From Penicillus capitatus (Eukaryota; Plantae; Chlorophyta), in assembly GCA_965649825.1 (NCBI GenBank), contig OZ287709.1, positions 248,001-312,000 of the forward strand: DNA of 64,000 bases, given 5' to 3'. Numbering within the stretch: position 1 is the first letter of the stretch; each line of letters starts with the position of its first letter. The translations under genes were made by a program, and so were the position numbers. The notes under the pieces were generated by a model, which saw only the letters and a program-made list of their open reading frames with translations, had not been told where the DNA came from and ran no database searches. Below are positions 36,512 to 47,897 of the stretch, one piece after another.

Positions 36512-36999
36512 ATGACGCACTCAACGGCAAAGATGATCCACACGTCCGTCCAGCAATGTGTGTACAGAACATTATGATCTTCTTCGAGGACGGGACAGAA
36601 CCCTTTCCGTTGACAGACCTCGGGACTCAAAATCTGCTCGGCGACTTTCCTCGCCAAGAGAGAGAGATTCGAGATTGTACATTTTACTCCTCACTAAGAG
36701 AACACGGCATACTTCAATTCGCCGCCATTCAATATCGATCGCTAAATGCGACATCGTTTGTTCGATCGTACGCTCTTCTCCGCAAACAAAGGATCCTTGC
36801 CGCCGACGTTACACTTCTCTCTGTGCGGGAAGATAAGAAACCGAGCTACGGTTTGATTATTCACTATAGAAGAAGACCATTTGTGACTGGCGTGTCCTGA
36901 ACAGACATCACGTTGTGCTTGCTTGCAGCGACGCAATTCCTTTTCGGCGATACTTTCGTCAGTGCTTTAGTCTGGAACGAACCCAGAAGACTTCGACAG

Positions 37000-38340
37000 T
37001 TGAGGGAACCGAGGCTGTCAGCGAACGCCCGCTTTCCAAACTAGAGTACATATCCAATCGATAAACTTTTTGCTCGTTTAAGGCGTTAGCGAAAAACTTC
37101 CGTCGTTTGATCGTGTATACGATACTCTGCAATTCACGCTGTTCTGCGAATTTGTGCACGAGTATAATAACGGTTTCTTTGAGTCGGAAACGCCGCCAAA
37201 GCGCGCATCGCTTTAAAAACCATCGTCTCGCCACTCTGTCGATCCGTACGTTTCATGCACGGCTAACAGGTTACATCGGTTCTGTTCTGATGAACGAGGC
37301 GTGAAACGAATCCTTGACAAACGACAGAAGTAGCCTGGACGGAAATGGACGGGCTTAATCTTACAGTCCTGATGTGTTTCGACAAGAATAATGTCAAGTA
37401 AGTTATGTTTATGTGTTCAAGTTCGAATCATTCTACTACATCTATTTTCCCTTTACGCCCACGACCAGATCATCATTTGGATTCTGAACAATCACGATAA
37501 CGGATTCCGATGCCATCCGAGCACTACCGACAGCCATACTCCAACGTTCCAATGTAAGAAGCCTATCTCTCACGAAGTACCTTGAGCATATACTGATGTC
37601 TTCTTGAAATGTTGAGAGACTGGTTTCGCGAACACTATCGATCACGGGAGACAGACTCGGCGAATGTGATTCACCGACGCGTTCTCTTCGACGACATAAA
37701 ACGAAAAGTGTCATTAATCCACAGAACGCAAAGCCGAGGCTGGTCGTCACTATTTGAGCAGTAGCTCCAAAAGCTCTCTTACTGCTTGCTGCGACGTCCC
37801 CTTCAATGAGCCGCATCTTTCAGGAAGCCTACAGCGTTATGCGTTCTACCTTCCTCTGTGTCCAATTCCGTTACGACGCAGGCTTTTTCCACTGTTAGAC
37901 GAAATCCTCGTTTACACGCCACACACGTCGGTACCGTGCCGTCGTCGACGCACTTTAAACATGGCCAGTCGCAGAAGGATGCGCCTGTAGCTCCAACAAA
38001 AACTGATTTCGTCCGACGAGAGTCACGGCGTACTTATAAGGTGGCGACCATCTGATAGAGCTTCGGAACCTAAAAGCGTAGCCCTTTGCATGGCGAACAC
38101 AAGACTGGCTTAATTCGAATGCCAACCAGCAGATTCTTCGCCGTGTTCCGTGGGAGAATAACCGTCATTTTTGTGCTCCGTTTCGCCGTCCTAGAAGACA
38201 ATCCGAGTTCGTGAAGACGAAACGAGCCCGGAAACGGTCTTTGCTGAGTTCACGACTGCTTCTTGACCCAATGCGACACTATTGAGCAGGAACGAAGTAG
38301 CAAGGCAGAGAAGTACAAGGACAGTAAACGGCTGCATTTC
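37000..38340 (-). pseudogene. Possible decayed receptor-like kinase
   Basis: Signal-like MQPFTVLVLLCLATSFLL; TM plus stop-transfer SLGFAFCGLMTLFVLCRRRER; VGSARMAS...VVGVK (subdomain I-II-like); ILVHKFAEQRELQSIV (subdomain V-like). Fragmented. Confidence 0.3.
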
Positions 38341-39759
38341 GAAGGACGCGGCGTCAAACGGATGACGCACCTGAAGTAGGCGTCCCGCGGCAGCACGCAG
38401 CAACGCCATGAAGCTATCAAATGCGCGGAATGCTGTAACGTGCTGCTGAGGTGACAGTTCGAGTGTCTGTACCTGTATAGAAGTTTCTTTGAGCACGTAC
38501 ACGACAAGTTTGATCTCGATTGGCGGTTGTGAGCATTCGCTTCCAGCACTAGTCATGCCGGTTGGAACGACAGCTCTCGGCGTGGTGTCTCCGTAGATGG
38601 CGATACTGAACAAAGATGACGAATTGTGAATTCTCAATGTTCGATGCGACGACATCAGCGCAGGTATTCAGATGCAGTTGCAGGATATATGCATCTGGCA
38701 TGGATTGGCGATGTCGTCGACGGGAACCACGTGGTAGCTTTAAAGCTTGACAGAGACGCCAACCTGCCTCTACCTAGTCTGGGTTCCGGCAACGTGCCTC
38801 TATCTTCTGAGGATGATGACATTGCCGCTGCCGGATAGGCAAGGACCGAAGTCGATAGCATCGCAAACGCGATGCGGTTGACGGACCGTTTCGTTAAGGC
38901 TAAACAAGGTGGGTGCAAAGAGCGAGTTAGAGGCGCCGACTGGGACATTTGGGTTTTAGAGTCCTTCTCCCTATGAGGGGGTCGGACAGATGACGTGACG
39001 TGACATGGGCGCATCTTGTGCTTTCTAAGGACTCTTACTCGAAAGCTTGTCAAAGACAGACCGACGCACGTAGTAAACCCTAGTTCCACTAGGGAACGAA
39101 CAACTGTCTGTTTTCTTTGCAATCTTCCGCAATACTTCACCGGCGGTGTCGTGACATGCATCCGAGAGAACGGGGTTGCGAGCATGGACTGGAAGTCGAG
39201 GTACGAGGGAACTTCTCTGGAGCTTGTTCCTCGCCCTTTGGCGCCAAACATTGAAGAACGTGACATGATCAGAAGAAAATGATGCGTTATCATATAAGAC
39301 ATCGGAAGAAAAACATGGGGCGGTAGAGCGATTCAGAAGACAGAGTGTGGCGATGGAGGATGTGCGTGACAATGAGAGTGCGACCTGTACTCTGTGGTGT
39401 CATTTACCGATGTGCATTGCCGCCTTGTATGCAGATTAGTCTGGTGGTGTCGTTCTGATCACGACGGATGTTGCATTGGCGATTTTGATCGGCCCATCAA
39501 AACGGAGATTGTAGCTATGATTTTCCCACATCGAAAGTGCGTGTCCGAGATTTATGCCGTGTGTGAGCTGTTCGGAGCAGGAGATGGAGCGGAGATTTTG
39601 AGCATTTTTGGGTCTCGTAAGTACAGTCCTGACATGGTGGTAAATTTTATCGTCGCCGCAATAATTGAAAGGTTTCGAAAGTACGAGGAAATGTGCGCCG
39701 ATACCATAAAGATGATGCCACTGCACGTGGCCGGTATCTTCTCAGAAGTCTTTGGATTC

Positions 39760-41113
39760 TGACGGGGATACTTCGGACTCTGGCGCGCCGCGAACGCGCC
39801 GACGCCTATGCGAATGCGGAGGGACTGCAAGGAGTCAAAGCTGAGACTGGTTACATGGTGAGCCCAGTCAGCTTTATAGCCCTGGCGCCCGCGGACCGCT
39901 GTCATGTCAAGCAGCGGACAGCCTGTCCGGTCCGCGGGGTCGCAACCGTTATCGCGTACCCGTCAGGACTCCCCCAGCGGTTGACACAACGTTCACGAGC
40001 CAACCGCTCAACGGGAAGCGTACGACCAAGACGCGGGAAGAAACGTCGCGTCACCACACACACTCAGAGAGAATCGACGCAAAGAATGCACAATTGCGAA
40101 AAAATCACGGTCGTGACTGTGAACGTCGACCCGATGGCCGAGTCCGGACCGGATGGCGAGCCGCGAAGGGAAACTCTGTCGGCAATGGCTATTTACATAG
40201 CTAGACAGATACAGCACGGCAGCTCCGTTTAAATACCCCGGATTAGGAGGGTCACATCATTACGTAAGGCATATCGTCACACCTCTGTCACACCTCTCGT
40301 CCTGCGCTCCAATGATGTTCTGCTGGCGTGGCGCCACAGGGACGGTTGGCGCGCCATCAGCGACTCCTCGCCAGATGACTCGAGGCAGAACCAGTGACCC
40401 TTCACAGTGACAAGACCGCTCCGCCGCACATCACTGTCCCTGTCACATCATTATTCAGGGCATGGCAGCTCGGCTACGGCCCGCAGCTGCCGGCGCTGGC
40501 CGGAGGGCGACACGAAACAAAACGCCACAGAAACAGGCGCGAAGGAAAACCCAGGTGCGACCGCGCAACGGTCGGTCCGACGGGCCCACAGGGGGATGTC
40601 TACGGGCGGCAGCAGCGACGCCACAGCCTCATTGGGCTCGCGCTGCGCGCGCCACCCCCCCGCCTGCTTAGCAAGGCCACTCCGTGCCGTCGGCCGCGCA
40701 CATCAGCTCAGGACGGTCATCATGCCGTCGGTCTTCGGTCGGCCGGCTTCGTGGAGAGCGTCGTCTCTCCGGCTGAGGTCTTCAGCAGCGTCTTCCTCTG
40801 GCCGCTGACGGGGTCGGAGTCTTCCTCGGTCGGGCACCACTGACGGCAGCACCTCGTTCCTCCAGCTGTGGCATTGAGAGCGCCACTACCCCGGGGGTCC
40901 ACCAGTCTGACGGGGATTCGACAGACTCTGGCGCGACGCGTACGCGCCGACGCGTGTGCGGATGAGGAGGAACTGTAAAGAGCCAAAACTAAGACTGATT
41001 ACATGGTGAGCCCAGTCAGCTTTATAGCCCTGGCGCCCGCGGACCGCTGTCATGTCAAGCAGCGGACAGCCTGTCTGGTCCGCGGGGCCGTAACCGTTAT
41101 CGCGTACCCGTCA
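39760..41113 (-). mobile_element. Non-autonomous LTR retrotransposon (TRIM), 1354 bp, complete
   Basis: Two 206-bp direct repeats (39760-39965 and 40908-41113), each TGACGGG...CCCGTCA; 5-bp TSD GATTC (39755-39759 and 41114-41118); PBS TGGTGGACCCCCGGGG (40904-40889); PPT GGGGGAG (39975-39969); no pol ORF. Confidence 0.93.
39851..39878 (-). promoter_or_regulatory. LTR TATAAA box followed by TGTAA poly(A)-type signal (also at 40999-41026)
   Basis: The minus strand reads gggcTATAAAgctgactgggctcaccaTGTAA in both LTRs. TGTAA is the known green-algal polyadenylation signal. Confidence 0.65.
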
Positions 41114-42386
41114 GATTCTAAATTGTGTGATTGGCAAAGGAGAGAGAGGCAACTTGTGAACGCAATCTTTTAAAAAAGCCGATGGACCTGCGTACGCGAT
41201 GATAGTTCGGCATTGCTTGCGCCGTCGTCGCTCAGCAACGTGCTCTTGCTAACATCTGTGCCGTTTTGTATCCTTCGCATATCGAGTTTAGCCAAACGTA
41301 TCGTTCGTGCGCGCAGGTCATATGGCGTTGAGCCTTCCGTGAAAATCCGTCAAGCGTTTCTGATGCTTGCTCTCTTTCTGTTTATGCTTCAATGCGACAG
41401 CAGCCGTCTCGGCAAGGTTGTCAACGACCTCCCTCGCCCTAGGATGTCCGATATCGAGATGTTTAGAGAGTTGTAAGACAATCTCAATGTAATCAGAATT
41501 GGTGATTTCATCTGGGAGCTGTGAAGAACTCCCCGGCGGCCTGCCCCTCCACCTCTATCACGATGTCCTTAACGTTGTCGTCAAGGAGGTACGAGGAAGA
41601 TTGGGAGTTACAAAAATCGTACAAACGGAGACATCATTCCCATCTAAATATGCCTTTTTCGCAGTCAGATCACAGCGTGGACGACGCATATCTCTCCCTC
41701 GCCCTCTGAGACAGAGAACTAAGGAGGAGAAGGAGGAGTGTTATCGCCGGAGCCATCCCCGTGTTGGCTCATCTCACAAGCGCAGCGGAAGTCTTTAAGT
41801 TAGATGAGGATATGGAAAGATATCGGAAGCCATTCCAAAAGTTGCACCAAAAAACAGCTTGTTACAACGATGATGGATAGCAGATGTTTTGACAGACAAA
41901 CAGAATGTATGCGATTTGCAAACACATATGCAACCTCAGATGTCATGCAAAAGATGTTTTATGTGTCCGATGCTTGCTTAAATACTCAGTCTTTGATGGG
42001 ACAGCAGGAAAACATGTGAAGTTCAAAAGTGAGTTCTCAATGAGATTCTAAACGTTTCTAAAGAACTTCAGTGCAAACTTTGCAAAAACTCACTCCTGGT
42101 CACCACGATTCGTTCCTACTCATCGCGACCCCGGGGCGACGGTTACGTCGCCTAGCCAAAGGCCCGAAACACATCAAGGACAGAAATACCACCCATTACA
42201 CTGTCGCCCCATGAATGTTCTTCCAAAAATGGCACCTTATTTTGACAGGAGCTATGTTATGCTTCGACCAAGTTAAGTACTTCATTCAGCTCTATATCAT
42301 TCATGGCATTTCCCGGCTTCTTCTTCCTCCGTATCTTTCATGTACATGGCACTGGTTTGCAGAAGTGGTGCATCTGTCACAACATT

Positions 42387-42457
42387 GTATTCGTGGTATA
42401 GTGGTTAGCACGCTCGGTGTTTCCTAAAAGGAGAGGGTTCAGATCCCACCGAGGCGG
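42387..42457 (+). other. tRNA-derived remnant (A and B boxes), possible SINE head or tRNA pseudogene
   Basis: TGGTATAGTGGTTAGCACG (A box/D arm) and GGTTCAGATCCC (B box), but no intact cloverleaf. Confidence 0.4.
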
Positions 42458-44041
42458 TTCATGAGTCACTCGAGTGACAATGGCATGGCCTCGCCCAACA
42501 GACAGAACATGACGATGTTCGGGGAATTCATTGGTTATATCTCATTAACCCTGAACGGATGAGTTTAAACGAAGGAATAACGATTAACTGTCATTCGTCA
42601 TTCACGCCGCGGGGGCAAAACGTTAAAAAAACCTGGATGGAAAGGACGCAGAACCCGTTTTGAAAGAATGCATACCGCACAAAGCAAAAGACGTAGCCAA
42701 TAAGCGAACTCCAGCATGCGTGAAAGTGAGTGTTTCATTCTTGTTTTCCTTTTTTTACGTTGATCCGTGCAGAAGCCAAAACGAAAAATGTCATAAGTGA
42801 AGCACCGTAGGATGAGCGAAGTGTTGTTTTCCGAAGTGACAGCCGAAGCGTTTGTGAGCCTATTATCGATGACGTGACAGATGTAATGGATTGAAGTGAC
42901 GGCATGGCAGCGAAGACACTGCGAAATTGACATCGACAAGATTAACAATTATTAATCTGCGTTCGTTCTCCGCTACCTCAGAATCGCATGCGCGCCGACG
43001 GCATCCGGCCAACCGCGCCGCGCGCACGACAAGATGTGTCATTCTTCATCCCGATCGCACTCGCATTAGTCGTCCTACCGGATTCAAAGGGTATGTTAGA
43101 GACGCTGGAACGGACAAGGTGTTCTTTTAAGCAAACGTTGGTCGTCTCACAAGCGCATGCGCCATGACAAAAATCTTCCTGTGCGTGAAACAAAAACCTA
43201 TGCATTGCTTTGTTCTTTCGAAGAAGGAGAAAATGCAGAACTGAGATCTTTGGCAACCTCCGCATTCCATCCAACCAGCTAGCGAATTATTTGAAAATAT
43301 GTCATTCCTACGTTAGACTGTCAGATTCGACGAAGGCTTATCACTTACAGAAGACTGTCCAACAATGAATGGTCGAGGTTAAATAGATACAGAACGAACA
43401 AACAGGTCACAACGCACGTACTAACGTCGTTCACAGCCTCTCCTTGGTCTACTGCGCGAAGCTAGGCACGTTGTGACTCTGACATAGACATCATCAAATT
43501 TATTCTCAATGCCACGCATTTTTTGTTTTTTTTGTTTCAATCATAAAAACAAGACTTTAAAAGGACAGTGAAAAATTACGAAAGATACCAGTCGTCACTG
43601 AGGCGTAGAGTGTGTCACCTTCTGGCACGCGCCACCACGGGAGAAAATGACATTGCCCTGAAAAAAGTAAACGTTGTTGCGAACTCATTGCTGCGTACTT
43701 GCGCGTGTTCAAAGACGCTCGCTGTGAACCGCAATTACACTGATGTCGTCTATAGCGGCTTTTGTAAATGTATCCCGTCCCATCATCAGCCGTTCTATTG
43801 ATCTGAATAAAGAGTAGCGCAACAACGTAATACTCAGAGTCCACCGAACATGACACAAAGTAAAAGACAGATGACACCGCGGCACCTCCGGCGTCTTTCT
43901 TAAAGGTTAAATCCTTTTACGTCTTTCGAGCATCGTGTTGACAATGACGAGTGCGGCACCTGCAGACACAGCAGCATGAAGACCAGAACAAAGAATCATC
44001 GGCAGAGTCCTTACCGACGTTAAAAAATCTCAAAGGAACAA

Positions 44042-44365
44042 TGACGGGGATACGTCGGACACTGGCGCGCCGCGTGCGCGAACGCGTTTGCGAAGACGAA
44101 GGAACTGTTGTTGAGATGGAAAATTTAGAAGTGGATATTATCGTGGACATTATCAGTATTACCGATTTTCTTCTGATCGTTCAACTTTGGCGATTGGTAG
44201 CGCGTTCTTAATGGCGTTCCAACACTATGTTGAGTCAAAGCTGAGATTACTTACACGGTGTGTCCCGTCCCTTAAATACCCTTGGCGCCGGCCGACCGCT
44301 GTCATGTCAGGAAGCGGACAGCGTGTCCGGTACGCGGGGCCAGAACCGTTATCGTCTACCCGTCG
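44042..44365 (-). mobile_element. Solo LTR related to the TRIM LTRs, 324 bp
   Basis: TGACGGG...CCCGTCG ends; shares ctggcgcgccgcg, gagtcaaagctgaga, gaccgctgtcatgtca and aaccgttatcg; TSD-like AACAA/AGCAA; has its own TATTTAA and TGTAA on the minus strand. Confidence 0.85.
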
Positions 44366-45101
44366 AGCAACGAAGATTTTGCGTAGACACGCTACGTTCT
44401 TCTTTGCTCAGACAGCTGCATGGTTTGTACGTGAGGTGTCATCCCGTGCTGTCTACAATTGAGTCATCTCTAATCCGCTCACGGTACTTCTCATGCACCA
44501 CAGCTTTTCTAATCTTCATTAATCGATGGTCCGCGACGTCATCGTCGTCGAAATGCAGGTCTGTGACTAAGATCAAAGGATGCCAGCTGTGCGATTCATG
44601 CACCTGTGGAGAAAGCAGATGCACATGAATGTCCGACAAACCAATAAGACACGTTTGCGCAGGTCGGTGTCTCGTCCACTCGTTGCGCAAAAAAACATCT
44701 GTCGTCACAAGCGACACATGTATTCTTTCTCAATGGTGATTACTAACGTGTTGTCATGCCATGTGTTCATGATTGCAGGTTTACCGAATTTGTATAAAGT
44801 CTAGTGCTGGAATTCCAAATGCCGCAAAGATGGATTGCAACAGCATCAGTGTTACTGCACAATAACGGGAACACGAATATACTGAATCCAGTGAAAGATT
44901 CCGGAATTGATGCATGTTCATTTGAGGTATATCAATGAGTGAGGTGAATAGACAAGAACTAATCAATTTTTACCTAATTGAAAACCCCCATAGACAACGT
45001 TCATGCATCGCACTTGCTGTGCTAATTGCAGTGCAGATTTTTCGCATTCAGTTGCCAAAACTAAAAAAATACTCATCGTAATAAAATGCAACAACTTGCT
45101 A

Positions 45102-46767
45102 TTAGTATCTTGTAGTTTTTTTCCAGATCTCTTCGGGATCTTGTCCCTTCGTTTCGATCACATACAATTCGAGAAAAATCAAAAATAACACGCAAACAAC
45201 GCAAAAAAACAAAAAGGTGAGCAGTGCGCCAATTGCTTCGAGAATACCAGGAAAGACGAGGACTAAAATAAGATTAACAGTCAATGCAAGTGACTGGCCC
45301 AATCCCACAACGACAGAAGCAATCTCAGGAGGGACGACTTCGGCGGCGTAGGTCATGCTCATGGGTCCACAGGAGGAAGCAAATGCCAGAACATACACAG
45401 TGACACACACTGCCGATACGATGCCGGAAACTGTCGACGATGCCAAGTCAATCAGGGCAATCAGTAAGTAAGAAAAAATCATAATAGTGATGCTTAGGCG
45501 AGTGGTTTTGATCCGACCATACTTTTCATAAGACCACATACCAAATAAGCTTGAAATGATGTTTGCCAGGCCGAAGATCGCGCTGCCAACGATCGCTACA
45601 TCCATTCCCGCGTCCTCAAAGACTTTTGTCGAGTAAGAAACCAACACAGGGATACCACTCATTTGGCAGAAGACGGGGATGCCGATGGCGAGGATGACAC
45701 AAGGGCGATATCGTTTTGCGAAGATGGATCGGAATTGCTGCATGGTGTCGAGATTCGGACGAGAGTTCCTTTCGCGTTGGGACTGTGGTGGAGAGGCCTT
45801 TCCGCCATCCGCCACCTCTGGATCGTCTTCTTTGTCATCTGAATGCGCTTCGCTGGTCGATGCGGAAGAGCGGTGACCCGTTTCTTGACTTTTCTCTTCG
45901 CACTCCGCCATCTGAACGACAACGGACTCGCACATCTGGCCACGCTCTTTGTCGATCGCAGATTGACGGTACGACGTTAGGAGTGCCAATGAGATCTGCA
46001 GAACTGATGAGATGTATTTGAGATGATGAGTGCGAACGAACCTGAAGAGTTGCTGGTAGACACATGAGAAGAAACATGATTCTCCACCATTTATAGCCGA
46101 CCTCAAATGCGTCGTTAAATTCGTACGGGAGGCCAATAATCATCCCAAGAAATTGACCCGTGACGACAACGACCTGCAAGACTTTCTCTGTCAGGGAAAC
46201 AAAAGGTCGACGAGATGTCAGACCTGCACAACCGCCATGAGACAGCCACGTTGCGCTGGCGTAGAAGCAGCGACTAAAAACCTAAGAACAGATCACTGAT
46301 GAGCCTCAAGTCTCTTCGCGGTCCACTTTGGAGAGATGACGATGGAAAATCCGTAGCTGACACCGGCGATGACGCGTCCAAGCAGCAGCATGTAAGGCAC
46401 GCATCCGTCAAACGGCCCACCCCAACATATCTTGTGTTCGTTCGTCAGGCCACAGAGAAGACTCGCCAGTAGATACAGAAGGCCTGTCCAGAACTGTGCG
46501 AATTGTCCGCTGCACCTGTCGAAGGGACCGACGACGAAACCGCCTATAATTGCGCCGACGTAAAGGGAGGCGGCAGCCACGGCACCGCCAACATTCTCGT
46601 CGAGTCCCAAGTCTTCTGAGATTGCTTCCAGCATCGTGTTCATGATGGACATGGCCAAGCCTGTCGACGAAACACTCACACTCTCTATATTTACTATAAG
46701 TCGTTTCGCGCTTACCAAAGTTAAAAAGGCCCAGAAGAGCCACGACGATGTCGAGTCGGACTGGCAT
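45102..46767 (-). CDS. Sugar porter transporter, copy C
   Basis: MPVRLDIVVALLGLFNF start; close paralogue of copy B with the same introns; CQMSGIP, AAEVVP and IETKGQ. Confidence 0.85.
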
Positions 46768-47113
46768 GTGATTTGGTGACAGTCTAAAAGCAAAAAGTGA
46801 ATCTTCCGTGGCGGTATTTGAAAATTGTCTCATTGATTTACCTTCGTGAGTAGAATCTGTATCTTACGTAAGAAACAACCGTTTACGTTACGTCAGAGCT
46901 GTCAGTTTCGAAAACCGCGACTCGTACTGACGCGTGTCTTGCCTATACAGCCAAACGGACTCTCGGCATCTCGGATACCCGAACCGAACGAGCGAACCAT
47001 TACGCAAGTTTCTTATCTAATCATTCACTTATCTGTCCCTCTGCGTTCCTTCACGCGATCCACAAGAAAATCTCAGACAATGCTCGTCAGGCTGGTTGGC
47101 GTTATCCCTAGTT

Positions 47114-47513
47114 TCAATGACGTGTCGATGGTTTGGTGACCAGAATCTCGTCCAGAGTGAATCCGAATCGATCGAAATCCTCTTTGTAGTACTGGTAGAC
47201 CTTTGTCATCAGCTCGTCCGTGTAGTACTTCCAGATCTGCATTCCTGCGTAGCGCTGGTCCACTTGGTAGGAGCGCACACCGAACTGCTGTTTCTCGTCC
47301 TCTCCCCATCCGGTCGCAACGTACTCGTCGTAGAACTTCAACGACTGTGCGAACTCCTTGAACTCTGTGCCGACATCGCTGAGATGTCCCACGAAGTCGA
47401 ACCTGTGGTAGCGTGCTCCGCACCTGGCGGACTGGATCTGGAAGTGCTCCTCCAGAACGTCTGGATCGGGAAAGGTGACGATGAGGTACTCGACGAACTC
47501 CGCGAAAAACGGC
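47114..47513 (-). pseudogene. 5'-truncated sulfotransferase copy
   Basis: Near-identical to 25066-25465 but lacks both PAPS-binding motifs and has no in-frame ATG. Confidence 0.85.
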
Positions 47514-47897
47514 AAGCTGTGACAGAGACATGGTGGAAGGCTCACTTGATTGATAAACGACTGAAGTCACGATAAGACACGATTCAATTCATTTCTACAT
47601 ACCCCAGATCTGATCACACAGATTCGTCAGGAGACCATTGGAGACGCCACACGAAAGAAATCGACATCTCGGTTCTCTTGTCATCCGCATCACATTCTCA
47701 GGCAACAGAACGCGCTTCGTACACCACCATCCCGAATAGATCAGGATGATGCGTTAATTCGATTTCCCGCATCATGTTGTTTTCATTCAGAAATCAGCAA
47801 AGAACGTACAGTCAGTCGCACAGACCTTTCAAACGCATTCTGCTGCCGTGTCCATCGCGACGTCATGAGGCTTTCCGTACAGAACTTTGCAAAACAA

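Larger units (their letters stand above)
44770..47513. repeat. Arm 2 of the inverted segmental duplication (partner 25066-27800)
   Basis: Reverse-complement similarity across the transporter, spacer and sulfotransferase 3' half. Confidence 0.9.

Noticed and set aside
39760-39965. The 206-bp repeats as independent MITEs with terminal inverted repeats
   Set aside because: The TSD flanks the pair rather than each copy, and PBS and PPT lie inside. They are LTRs.
41200-43900. Genes in short ORFs between the TRIM and the solo LTR
   Set aside because: AT-richer sequence with ORFs under 120 aa and no family signatures.
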